From contig CAVYGB010000008.1 in assembly GCA_963767925.1 (NCBI GenBank), positions 992,001 through 1,056,000 of the forward strand: DNA of 64,000 nt, in the 5' to 3' direction. The translations under genes and the position numbers were made by a program. Below, piece by piece: positions 39,686 to 53,751 of the stretch; positions within the stretch are counted from its first letter, which is position 1; every line of letters starts with the position of its first letter. The stretch comes from an uncultured delta proteobacterium. Its GTDB lineage: Bacteria; Myxococcota_A; Polyangia; Fen-1088. The notes under the pieces were generated by a model. That model was not told the DNA's origin, did no database searches, and saw nothing but the letters and a program-made list of their open reading frames with translations.

Positions 39686-39778
39686 GCGGCACCCCGGCGC
39701 CGGGCGCCGCGCGCAAAAGCACCCCCGCCTCCGCGCACCCGTTGTAGAGTCCCCGCCTCTCAGGGAGAACTGCGACGC

Positions 39779-40021
39779 ATGCCCGACTACAAGAAGATCC
39801 GCGACATGGTGAGCCACCGGGTGACCCTCGAATACGATACCGGCGCGAAGATCGTCGGCTACCTGGCCTCCGTGGCCCCCACCCAGGGCCCGGTCCAGTA
39901 TGCGGTGCTGTCCAAGGTGCAGATCCTCGACGCCTCCAACAACGTTGTGGCGCGATACGAGGAGCTGCCGGTGGTCCCCAACAACCTGATCGGCGTGAAG
40001 GTGACCGAAGGCCCGCTCTGA
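39779..40021 (+). CDS. 80-aa protein with Sm/LSm-like fold pattern
   Basis: RBS GGGAGA and strong codon bias. RVTLEYDTGAKIVGYL..AVLSKVQI (Sm1-like) and ELPVVPNNLIGV (Sm2-like). Confidence 0.65.
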   Translation: MPDYKKIRDMVSHRVTLEYDTGAKIVGYLASVAPTQGPVQYAVLSKVQILDASNNVVARYEELPVVPNNLIGVKVTEGPL

Positions 40022-40073
40022 CCCCCGGCGGCCTGCCAGGCTTCCTTCGGCCTCGATCTCGGAGGTGGGAGTG

Positions 40074-41582
40074 ATGGTGAACTGGATTGGGACGGCGCTG
40101 ACCCCGGCGGGGCTGTCGCTCCTCCTGGCGGCTTGCGCAACGTCAGGCGCCGGCACGGCCGTCGAGCCCCGGGACCTCGACCCGGCCGGCGGTCCCCCGC
40201 GCATCGGCGCGGTCGAGGACCTCGGGGGCATCGACATTCCGGCCATCGGGCAGGTCCGGCCCCACGCCAGCGATGGTGTCGCCGTCATCGGCGAGACCCT
40301 CTGCATTCGTGGCCGGCACTTCGGCCGGCAGCCGACCGTCTCGGTGGGCGGGCAGGTGGCCGCCGTCGTCTCCCGCACCGGAGACGGCGGGATCCTCGTG
40401 CGGGTGCCGGTGGGCACGCCGGTGGGGCGGCAAGCGGTGGCGGTGACCCAGGAGTACGGCACGTTCGAGCACCCGATCGAGGTGCGCCGGCTGGGCGCCC
40501 TGCATGCCGCGGAGCGGGTGGTCTGGTTCGAGCTGGGCGCGGACGGTCCCCGCGCCCGGGGGGCGAGCCCCATCGCCGGGGTCCGCCACCTGCAGCTCTC
40601 GGCCGACGGCCGCGCGGCCTACCTGATCGACGGGCAGGGGACCCTCACCTCGTACGAGCTGGCGGCGGCGGGCGCGCCCGCCTCGGCCGGCAAGCTGGCG
40701 CTGGGGCCGGCTCCGCTCCGGGCGCTGCTGGCGGCGAACGCTGCCCACCGGCTGCTGGTGCTGCGGGAGCGGGATCTGGTGGTGCTCGATACCTCCGCCT
40801 CGCTGCGGCCGGCGATCCGGGAGACGCGACCGCTGCCCGCCTGGCTGCGCGGCAGCCGCAAGCTGCGGACCGCGATCTCTCCCGACGGGCGGTTGCTGGC
40901 GGTGGGTTTCCCGGAGCGCAACCGGGTGGCCGTGATCGGGGTAGATCGGCTGAACGCCGAGGTGGCGGCGCCGCACGATCTGGTGCTCGTCTCCGAGGTG
41001 CGGGCGCCCATGCTCGTCGATCTCGCCTTCGCCCCCGACGGGGCGACCCTGTGGGCTCTCACCGGCAGCAACGAGGACAACCGGGGGCTGGGACCCTTGC
41101 CGACCACCTTGCACGCCTTGCGCCTGGACGCGGCGGGCGGAGCCGACACCAGGCTCGAGCGCACGCGCGCGGTGGTCCTCGCGTCTGCGACCTTCCCGGT
41201 CGCGCTCTCGGTAGGGCGGGGCCTGGCGCTGGCCAGCGGCGCCGCCATCCGCCTGCCCCCGGAGCGGGCGACGGTCTATGTCTCGGCGCGCACGCGCGAG
41301 GGGGAGCGGGCGGCCCTCTTCGCGGTGGGGGCCGAGGACACCGCCACGCCGCTGCACACCGAGGCGCGGGCCGCCGCCCCCGGCCGCCCCGACGTCACGC
41401 CCGACGGCCGCTGGTTGCTGGGGCCGCTGGTCGAGGGGGCAGGAGAGATCCGCCTGGCCTCGGCCCGGGCCGACGGCCGCCCCGGCGCGTCCTCTTCGGT
41501 GGTGGTGGCCAACCTGGCCCCGCTGCCAGCCGCCGCCCCGGACGCCCCTGCAGCGCTGGCGGAGGTGAGGCTGCAGCCGTGA
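40074..41582 (+). CDS. Lipoprotein with IPT/TIG-like domain and beta-propeller
   Basis: Lipobox LLAAC; GETLCIRGRHFG..VSVGG..ILVRVP; repeated SADGR/SPDGR/APDG/TPDGR blades. Confidence 0.75.
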   Translation: MVNWIGTALTPAGLSLLLAACATSGAGTAVEPRDLDPAGGPPRIGAVEDLGGIDIPAIGQVRPHASDGVAVIGETLCIRGRHFGRQPTVSVGGQVAAVVSRTGDGGILVRVPVGTPVGRQAVAVTQEYGTFEHPIEVRRLGALHAAERVVWFELGADGPRARGASPIAGVRHLQLSADGRAAYLIDGQGTLTSYELAAAGAPASAGKLALGPAPLRALLAANAAHRLLVLRERDLVVLDTSASLRPAIRETRPLPAWLRGSRKLRTAISPDGRLLAVGFPERNRVAVIGVDRLNAEVAAPHDLVLVSEVRAPMLVDLAFAPDGATLWALTGSNEDNRGLGPLPTTLHALRLDAAGGADTRLERTRAVVLASATFPVALSVGRGLALASGAAIRLPPERATVYVSARTREGERAALFAVGAEDTATPLHTEARAAAPGRPDVTPDGRWLLGPLVEGAGEIRLASARADGRPGASSSVVVANLAPLPAAAPDAPAALAEVRLQP

Positions 41583-41875
41583 CCACGACGGGGTCCCCCG
41601 GACGGCTGCGGGCGGTGGTGCGAGGCCGCGTCCAGGGCGTCGGGTTCCGGGCGAGCGTGGCTCATGAAGGCCTGCGCCTCGACCTGGCCGGCTGGGTGCG
41701 CAACCTGTCGGACGGCGCGGTCGAGCTGGAGGCGGAGGGGGAGCCGCCTGCGCTGCAGCGCCTGCTGGCCTATCTCAAGCAAGGTCCGCGCACCGCTCGG
41801 GTCGACAGCGTCACCTCCGAGTGGCTGGCTCCAGTGGGGCTGACACGGCCATTTTCGGTCGGGCGAACCACCTGA
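41579..41875 (+). CDS. acyP: Acylphosphatase
   Basis: GRVQGVGFR and [16 protein letters not shown] overlap with the upstream gene. Confidence 0.92.
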   Translation: MTTTGSPGRLRAVVRGRVQGVGFRASVAHEGLRLDLAGWVRNLSDGAVELEAEGEPPALQRLLAYLKQGPRTARVDSVTSEWLAPVGLTRPFSVGRTT

Positions 41876-41946
41876 TCGAGCCAGCCCCGTGCGGGCTGTA
41901 CATTTCTTGTTACCCTGCACTTCGACCTTCCGACGAGGGCCACACC

Positions 41947-43932
<1,986 letters not shown>

Positions 43933-43951
43933 GCGGGGGGCTCCGCCGCCA

Positions 43952-45667
43952 TCAGGGCGGAGCGCCGGCCCGGCGAGGCCGTTCCCGGCGGGCCTTGGTG
44001 GTCGCCGGCGCCGGCCTGGCCGGCGCGGCGGCGGCGGCGGCCTTGCGGCGGTAGACCAGCCAGGAGCCCTCGCTGGCGATCAGCTCGAGCCGGTCGAGAG
44101 AGGCTCCGAAGATGGGGCGGTTGGGCGGCAGGCGGACGAAGAAGTACTCGAAGAAGTCGATAGCCGACTCGGGCTGCAGGGCGCTCGGCGCCCAGGGGCT
44201 GAGGTCGGGCATGGGCCGGGGCGGAGTCAGGCGGCGGCAGGGCATGTGGCGCATGCCGCAGTAGAAGATGGGCACCATCGCCGTGCGCGCGGGACGCAGC
44301 ACCGGGTAGAGGCTCGGCAACCCCACCAGCGCGGACTCGATGCGCATGACCCGGGAGTGCCGATCGAACACCAGCCCCAGGGCCCGACCGCCCGGTGGGG
44401 TGCGGGCCACCACCGCATCGAAGTCGGCGACCTCCTCGTCGTAGAGCCGGTAGTGCTGGAAGAGCTCGAGGCCGTAATACAGCGAGACAACCAGCGCCGG
44501 CAGGAGCAACAAGGGGCGGGAAGGGCCCTGCAGCCGCCGCAGCGCCGCCGGCACCAGCAGCAGCGCGGTGGCCACCGCCAGCACCGAGAAGCGCGGGTGG
44601 AAGGTCATCAGCTCGTATTCGGGCAGATGGTGGGGAAAGACGAGGTAGGCGAGCAGGGCGCCCAGGAAGGTGATGGTGCCGGCCACCCGCAGCCGGGGCC
44701 GGGGCGTCTCCGGGCGATCCGGCTCGAGCAGCCCCACCAGCCCGAGCAGCAGATAGCCGGCCAGCACCAGCAGCAGCGCCTTGCCCACCACCACGTCGAC
44801 CTGGTCGGTGAACCCGCGCAGCAGGTGGGCGGGCAGGAGCTCGAGGCGGGTCAAGAGGTCCTGGCTCAGGCTGTGGTTGCCCATGTCGGCGCGGCGCTTG
44901 GCCCAGAGCAGCTCCCAGGCGTAGGCCAGGGTCTTGCGCGCGGCCGGCTCCGGTCCGGCGAAGTCGCTCGAGAGGTGCCAGCGCGCCAGCAGGAACAGCG
45001 CCGGGGCGAAGGTGGCGGCCGCCAGCAGCCGGCGCCGCCAGGAGGCCCGGGCGAAGGCGACGAAGGCCACCGCCGCGCAGACCCCGTAGAGGAAGTTCTG
45101 CAGGTGACAGAGAAAGAGCAGGACCGCCGCCAGGGCGGTCGCCACCGCCAGGCCGAGCTTGGCCCGGGGCTCGGTGAGGAAGCGGGCCAGGCAGGCGAGC
45201 AGGGCCATCAGCACCGGCAAGGAGAGGGCGAAGGTGACGAACCCGTAGTGCAACGTCAGGTTGTAGGCGAGGGGAAAGGCGAGCAGGGCGGGCAGGCGGC
45301 TGCGCCCGCAGGCCGAGAGGAGGAAGGCGGTGGCCAGGGGAAAGGCGGTCACGTAGAGCCCCACCACGACCTTGTGCGCGGCCATGAGCGGCAGCACGCC
45401 GGCAAGGACCCGCAGGGTCAGGTAGTGGGCCGCGTAGGGGGCGACGCCCAGCCCGCCATCGTAGTAGGGCGCGTAGGGGCTGGCGGCGTCCGCCGCCTTG
45501 CCCAGCATGTCGGCCATCGCCAGGTGAAAGGGGAGATCGAGCCCCGGCAGATACCGGGTCGCCAGCAAGGGCGCCAGGTAGAGCGGCAACAGGAGCAGGA
45601 ACCCGAACCCGAAGAGACGTGCGTCGGGGTCGAGGCGACGCCACTGGGCAACCGCCCGCATCGTCAC
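43952..45667 (-). CDS. Polytopic membrane protein, possibly GT-C-fold glycosyltransferase-like
   Basis: Many TM helices; DLPFH in the first loop, YGFVTF and FLCH; soluble C-terminal domain. Confidence 0.6.
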   Translation of the reverse strand: MTMRAVAQWRRLDPDARLFGFGFLLLLPLYLAPLLATRYLPGLDLPFHLAMADMLGKAADAASPYAPYYDGGLGVAPYAAHYLTLRVLAGVLPLMAAHKVVVGLYVTAFPLATAFLLSACGRSRLPALLAFPLAYNLTLHYGFVTFALSLPVLMALLACLARFLTEPRAKLGLAVATALAAVLLFLCHLQNFLYGVCAAVAFVAFARASWRRRLLAAATFAPALFLLARWHLSSDFAGPEPAARKTLAYAWELLWAKRRADMGNHSLSQDLLTRLELLPAHLLRGFTDQVDVVVGKALLLVLAGYLLLGLVGLLEPDRPETPRPRLRVAGTITFLGALLAYLVFPHHLPEYELMTFHPRFSVLAVATALLLVPAALRRLQGPSRPLLLLPALVVSLYYGLELFQHYRLYDEEVADFDAVVARTPPGGRALGLVFDRHSRVMRIESALVGLPSLYPVLRPARTAMVPIFYCGMRHMPCRRLTPPRPMPDLSPWAPSALQPESAIDFFEYFFVRLPPNRPIFGASLDRLELIASEGSWLVYRRKAAAAAAPARPAPATTKARRERPRRAGAPP

Positions 45668-45677
45668 CGGGTCGGGC

Positions 45678-47789
<2,112 letters not shown>

Positions 47790-47877
47790 GTCTCCCGTAA
47801 CCAGTAGCACGGGCTCGCTTGCAGGTCGAAACCAGGGCGCTTGCTGGCCGCGGGCTCCGGTCCTAATCTATCGGACC

Positions 47878-48048
47878 ATGCCACTTTCCCGTGAGCTCAT
47901 CGAGCTGCTCGCCTGCCCCAAGTGCCGGGGGAAGCTCGACCTGCGCGCCGACGAGAGCGCGTTTTCGTGTGGGCGCTGCAGGCTCGTCTACGCGGTGGTG
48001 GACGAGATCCCGAACTTCATCATCGAGGAGGCCAAGCCGCTCGAGTGA
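47878..48048 (+). CDS. Trm112 family (YcaR-like) protein
   Basis: LIELLACPKCRGKL..C..C..Y.VVDEIPNF. Confidence 0.9.
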   Translation: MPLSRELIELLACPKCRGKLDLRADESAFSCGRCRLVYAVVDEIPNFIIEEAKPLE

Positions 48049-48160
48049 TCCGGTCCCCGCGCGCCGGTCGCCGCGCGGCGTAACACCGTCGGAGGGTGGC
48101 CTACCCGGAAGCCCGCAGGTTTTTTGCCTGCTCCCGGGACTGGACCTAGACTCGCCGACC

Positions 48161-48538
48161 ATGGCCGTGGACCGCCGACGAAGTGAACGGGAGCGCCGGG
48201 CCGCTCTGCGCGTGCCGGCGGTCTTCGCCGTGAAGTGCGTGGTCGGCGATTGCATGCAGCTCGGCCAGGCCGAGGACGTCGGCCCGGGCGGCCTGACGAT
48301 GCGCCGGCCCGAAGACCTGCCTCTGGCCCCGGGGGCCGGCGTCTCCCTGACCTTCGGCCTGCCCGGCGAGCCTGCCCTTGTGGCCACCCACGGCGTCGTG
48401 GTCAGCGACAACCTGGTCGGCTCCTGCCGGCGCACCGGGGTGAGGTTCCTGGCGCTCCCGGCTGACGAGGAGCATCAGATAGCAGCCTTCTGCCGGATCG
48501 CGCTAGCCGATCTCTTCCCGGAAGCCAGCGTCGCCTAG
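48161..48538 (+). CDS. Stand-alone PilZ domain protein
   Basis: ERRAALR and EDVGPGG; LTFGLP..GVVV..GVRF. Confidence 0.8.
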   Translation: MAVDRRRSERERRAALRVPAVFAVKCVVGDCMQLGQAEDVGPGGLTMRRPEDLPLAPGAGVSLTFGLPGEPALVATHGVVVSDNLVGSCRRTGVRFLALPADEEHQIAAFCRIALADLFPEASVA

Positions 48539-48619
48539 CAGGCCAGTGCGGCTTGCACCGGCCGCCGCCCCCCCGCTATACAGGTGCCGGCGCCCCCGCT
48601 GCCTGACTGCGGAAGAGAC

Positions 48620-49486
<867 letters not shown>

Positions 49487-49494
49487 GCTGCCCC

Positions 49495-50730
49495 ATGGGC
49501 GAGGGCGCGGCCTACGAGCGGATGCTCGCCCGCCTGGAGGGCACCCGTGTTCTGGGCGTGGAGCTGGGCCTGGGACCGATGCGGGCGGCGCTGGCGGGGC
49601 TGGGCGGGCCGGAGCAGCGGCTGCGGGCGCTCCATATCGCCGGGACCAACGGCAAGGGCTCGACGGCGGCGATGACCGAGGCGATCTTGCGGGCCGCCGG
49701 TCTGCACACGGGCCTCTTCACCTCCCCGCACCTGGCTCGCTTTACCGAACGGATCCGCCTCGACGGGCGCGAGGTGCCCGGGGACGAGTTGGCCCGCCTC
49801 GACGCGCGCGTCGTGGCCACCGGCGTGGCGCTCACCTACTTCGAGGTGGCGACCGCCCTGGCCTTCCTGGCGATGGACCAAGCCCGGGTCGACGTCGCGA
49901 TCCTGGAGGTCGGCCTGGGTGGGCGGCTCGACGCCACCAACGTCTGCCAGTCGGTGGCCACGGCCATCACGAGCATCGGCTTCGACCACACCGACCTCCT
50001 GGGCAACACCTTGACCGCGATCGCCGGTGAGAAGGCGGGGATCGCCAGGCCGGGGGTGCCGCTGCTGCTGGGCGCCCTGCCGGCCGAGGCGGCGGCCGAG
50101 GTCGGGCGGGTGGCGGCGGCGGTGGGCGCCCCGCTCGCGCGCCTGGGCCAGGAGATCCAGCCGGCCCCGGTGTCGCCCGCCCTCGCTGGCCCTCACCAGG
50201 AAGGGAACGCCGCCCTGGCGGTGGCGCTGGCCCGGCTGGGGGCAACCGCCTGCGGCCGCTCCCTGACCGAGGGTGAGGTGGTGGCCGGCCTGCGGGGGGT
50301 GATCTGGCCCGGGCGCCTCGAAGCCGTCGCCCCCGACGTCCTGCTCGACGCGGCCCACAACCTCGAGGGGGTCGAAGTCCTGCTGGGGGCCCTGCCCGCG
50401 GTCCGGCCCCGGGCCCTGCTGTTCGCTGTCGTGCGGGGAAAGCCGGCGCCGGCCATGCTGGCCCGGCTGGCGCCCTGGTTCGATTCGGTGTGGCTCACCC
50501 GCTCGCACAACCCGCGCTCGATCGCGCCGGCCGGTCTGGCGGCCCACGCCGGGGGGACGCCGGTCCAGGTGGTTGACGACCCGCTGGTGGCGCTGGTGGG
50601 CGCCCGGACGGCGGTGGCCCCGGGGGGGCAGGTGGTTGTGTGCGGCTCGATGTTCCTGGTCGGTGAGATTCGGGCGCACATCCTGGGCGAGCCCGTCGAT
50701 CCCATCCTTTCCGGTGATCCGCTGCCCTGA
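49495..50730 (+). CDS. folC: Folylpolyglutamate synthase / dihydrofolate synthase
   Basis: HIAGTNGKGS, TSPHL, EVGLGGRLDATN, WPGRLE and DAAHN. Confidence 0.95.
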   Translation: MGEGAAYERMLARLEGTRVLGVELGLGPMRAALAGLGGPEQRLRALHIAGTNGKGSTAAMTEAILRAAGLHTGLFTSPHLARFTERIRLDGREVPGDELARLDARVVATGVALTYFEVATALAFLAMDQARVDVAILEVGLGGRLDATNVCQSVATAITSIGFDHTDLLGNTLTAIAGEKAGIARPGVPLLLGALPAEAAAEVGRVAAAVGAPLARLGQEIQPAPVSPALAGPHQEGNAALAVALARLGATACGRSLTEGEVVAGLRGVIWPGRLEAVAPDVLLDAAHNLEGVEVLLGALPAVRPRALLFAVVRGKPAPAMLARLAPWFDSVWLTRSHNPRSIAPAGLAAHAGGTPVQVVDDPLVALVGARTAVAPGGQVVVCGSMFLVGEIRAHILGEPVDPILSGDPLP

Positions 50731-50733
50731 AAC

Positions 50734-51396
50734 GTGAGGCTCTCTCGAGGATCTGCCGATGTCGAAGGCGGAGGGCTAGGATCCTTGAACATCGCGAACG
50801 TCGCGTCATTGGCAGGGCTGTCGTTGTTTGTCGCGCAGGTTGCTTCGGCCCAGGACGAGCCGCCGCTGCCCGCGCCGGGGCCATACCAGGGGGTGGTCCC
50901 GGGCACCGGCGCGCGCAACCCGCTGCCGCATCCACGCTCCGACCCGCCCCGGCTGATCTGGACCGGCTTCAAGATGGCGGGCGAACGCTCGGAGATCTTC
51001 CTGCAGACCACCCGGCCAGTGACCCACGAGCTGGGGCCCGCGGGCAAGGTGGCCCCGAAGCCAGGCGCCCTGTCGGTCGTCCTGCGCAATTGCCGGATCC
51101 ACCTCAAGAACAACGCCCGCCGCATCGACACCCGCTTCTTCGCCACCCCGGTGCAGGGGGTCTCGGCCCGCCAGCGGCGCCGGGACGTCGAGATCAGCAT
51201 CGCCCTCAAGGACGCCGCCGCGCCCGACGTGCGGGTCGATCCCGGCCCCGACGGCACCCAGTTCGTCGTCCTCTCGTTCGGCCCCGGCCGGGCCGAGCGC
51301 GCCGCGGTCGCCCCGGGCGCAGCACCCGAGCCCACCCCGGCGGACCCCGAGCCGACCGGCCCCCCGTCGCTGAGCCCGCCCAGCCTGAGCCCCTGA
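50734..51396 (+). CDS. Exported AMIN-like domain protein
   Basis: Signal-like segment, LIWTGF..SEIFLQ and RRIDTRFFATPV; Pro-rich tail. Start uncertain. Confidence 0.55.
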   Translation: MRLSRGSADVEGGGLGSLNIANVASLAGLSLFVAQVASAQDEPPLPAPGPYQGVVPGTGARNPLPHPRSDPPRLIWTGFKMAGERSEIFLQTTRPVTHELGPAGKVAPKPGALSVVLRNCRIHLKNNARRIDTRFFATPVQGVSARQRRRDVEISIALKDAAAPDVRVDPGPDGTQFVVLSFGPGRAERAAVAPGAAPEPTPADPEPTGPPSLSPPSLSP

Positions 51397-51444
51397 TCGC
51401 GCCCGCCCCCCGGGCGGCTCGCTCGACCCTCCGCTGCCCGTTTG

Positions 51445-51492
51445 CCCTCTCCTGCGGCCGTCTTTGGCCGTGGGAGAGGGAAAGGGTGAGGG
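51445..51492. repeat. REP-like palindromic element
   Basis: CCCTCTCC..GGGAGAGGG..AGGGTGAGGG, between convergent genes. Confidence 0.5.
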
Positions 51493-51527
51493 CGCTTGCC
51501 GGCCCGGCTGGGACCAGTCGAAGGAGT

Positions 51528-51565
51528 CGGGTTCCGCTTCGCTCGTGCGGGTTCCGCTTCGCTCG
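51528..51565. repeat. Two-copy direct repeat (18 bp, period 20)
   Basis: CGGGTTCCGCTTCGCTCG at 51528-51545 and 51548-51565. Confidence 0.7.
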
Positions 51566-51572
51566 GGCCCGA

Positions 51573-53627
51573 CTAGCGCGAGCGCCGGATCTCGCTGGCC
51601 GGGAAGGCCGCCCAGGGCTGGCAGGCGATGGTCGAGTCGACGACGACGTTGGGCCGGCTGGCGGTCTGGGTCCCCGTGCAGTTGGGGATGGCAGGGCGAC
51701 CGGCGCCGCACTCGTTGCCCTGGCCGTCCTTGTCCACGCAGACCCGCAGGGGTCGGGACACCTGCAGGTTGCCGAGCGTATCGGCCACCGCCACCGCCAG
51801 GCAGACCCAGCCGTCCTCGACGTGGTTGCCGAGGGTGTCGAACTGCCGTCCCACACATTGCAGGTTGTCGGTCACGACCGGGGGGATGCCATAGATCGCC
51901 GGCGTGGTGGTGCTCGCGTAGTAGAGGACCTCGGTGAGGTTGCTGGTGATGCAGCGGAGATCCGGCGGGTTATCGGAATCGCCGTGCTCACAGATGCCGG
52001 TCACGCCGCCGCCGGGCCTGAAGTCGCTGTCGCCGGCCGGGGGGATGGGCACCAGGTTCACCAGGAGGGCGTCTCCCGAGGACATCGGGGTGGTGGTCGG
52101 GGTGAGGAGCGGGTTGACCGAGTCGCAGAGGCCGTCTCCGTTCGTGTCGACGACCAGCGCCTTGGTCGTGTCGTTGAGGATGAGGAGCTGTGCCCTCGTG
52201 TTGTCGATGCCGGCGATGGGGGTAAAGTCGGTGCCGCCGAACAGAGGTTCGTTGCCCTGATCCTCGATCCGGGCCCGGACGTCGAAGAGCTGATTCACGT
52301 TTTCGCCGTCGTCGACCGCATCGCTGCCCAGGGGGTCGAAGGTGTTGCTGCAGCGTTCGACCCGGTTGACGTTCCTGATCATCCGGAAGTTGGTGGGGGG
52401 ATCGAGATCGGCCAGGGGCGGGGTGTTGTCCAGCGACACGAGGTAACCCACCGAGGACTGGTTGCCGAGGACATCGGAGGCCCGGAAGGAGATGCTGGGA
52501 AACAGGGCGTTGACCGGCAGGCGGGCGGTGTCGAACAGCGCCTGGTAGGCCATCGATGACGATCCGACGGCCGGTGGCTCGAGCTTGACCTCGAACATCT
52601 TGTCGCCGTGGGCGATGACCGCCACCACCGAGGACTCCAGGACCCCGGCCGGATCGTTGACCTCGGCGGAGATGGTGATGACCCGGCCGATGAGCGCGCC
52701 GGTCTCGGGGACGGTGGCGCTGATGACGGGGCCGTCGTTGTCGCTGATGAACCTCTGGCGCGCCACCGCCTCGGTGCCATTGACGTTGGACGCCCGCACG
52801 GTGAGGAGTTGGTCGCCGTCCAGGGGCGGGTCGAAGCCGTCGAACTGTATGGTGCCGCTGTACTGATTGTTGGACGGGCCGCTGAAGGTCAGGGCCTGCT
52901 GCCCCAGGAACATCGAGACCTGCTGGACGGGCCCGAACATGGGGTCGGTGACCGTGACGTTGATGGTGACCGCGTCGCGGTAGTACTGGTTCTCCTCGGG
53001 AGAGTCGATGCGGATCACCGGGCCGGCGTCGATGCGGAAGACCCTGGTCACCGATTCCATGTCGCCTCCTCTGGTGCGGGCGTTGATCTCCAGCTCGTAC
53101 ATCCCACTCGCCAGCTTGGCGATGTCGAGGGGGGTGTCGCTGAAGTGGTGGATTTTGGTGGGCGTCTCCGGCACCGACTCCAGGCCGGTCTCCTTGAGCT
53201 CAGCCGACGTCTCAACGGTCGTGCTGCCCGCCTTCCTCACGCTGGCCGTCACCCCGCTGAGGGTGTCGGGGGCGGCGTCGCTCGACGAATCGCTGGTGAC
53301 GGTGACGTCGACTTTGGGGGTGAAGCGAGTGGCCGCCACCCGGATCTCGTTTGCCGCCGGGCTCGCGATCACAATCGTCAGGTTGAGCGTGTCGTGGGCC
53401 CCGTCTCCACCCCCGTCGTCAACCGCCCCATCGTCGCCGGCCTCGCCCGACCCGTCGCCGACGTCGCCGGAGATGCGGTCGCCGCTCGAGTCGGTGACGA
53501 CGCGTTCGGGCAGGCCCCCGTCGTTGGTCGGGGGAACGGGGTAGTCATCGCCGCCGCCGCATCCGATCGACAGCACCAGGAGCACGGACAGCAGCAGCCG
53601 CTGCGAGCGAGCTTTCTCTCGATTCAC
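51573..53627 (-). CDS. Lipoprotein with tandem Ig-like domains and Cys-rich C-terminal domain
   Basis: Lipobox SIGC, acidic linker, repeated D.GP.I.I.SP / DNTPP Ig boundaries, many C-terminal Cys. Confidence 0.75.
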   Translation of the reverse strand: MNREKARSQRLLLSVLLVLSIGCGGGDDYPVPPTNDGGLPERVVTDSSGDRISGDVGDGSGEAGDDGAVDDGGGDGAHDTLNLTIVIASPAANEIRVAATRFTPKVDVTVTSDSSSDAAPDTLSGVTASVRKAGSTTVETSAELKETGLESVPETPTKIHHFSDTPLDIAKLASGMYELEINARTRGGDMESVTRVFRIDAGPVIRIDSPEENQYYRDAVTINVTVTDPMFGPVQQVSMFLGQQALTFSGPSNNQYSGTIQFDGFDPPLDGDQLLTVRASNVNGTEAVARQRFISDNDGPVISATVPETGALIGRVITISAEVNDPAGVLESSVVAVIAHGDKMFEVKLEPPAVGSSSMAYQALFDTARLPVNALFPSISFRASDVLGNQSSVGYLVSLDNTPPLADLDPPTNFRMIRNVNRVERCSNTFDPLGSDAVDDGENVNQLFDVRARIEDQGNEPLFGGTDFTPIAGIDNTRAQLLILNDTTKALVVDTNGDGLCDSVNPLLTPTTTPMSSGDALLVNLVPIPPAGDSDFRPGGGVTGICEHGDSDNPPDLRCITSNLTEVLYYASTTTPAIYGIPPVVTDNLQCVGRQFDTLGNHVEDGWVCLAVAVADTLGNLQVSRPLRVCVDKDGQGNECGAGRPAIPNCTGTQTASRPNVVVDSTIACQPWAAFPASEIRRSR

Positions 53628-53751
53628 CAGGTTCCTCCCGCTGATACAGCAGAGGATTCTCGGCAGTTCAGCCGGAAAACTGGCGTGGCCCGACCGGTCC
53701 CCGATCAGGGCCGGGCCGGCACACCTTGCCCTACGGCGGCGGCGGTGGGGC

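Noticed and set aside
51528..51565. Mini-CRISPR
   Set aside because: Only two 18-bp copies separated by 2 nt, and no cas genes.
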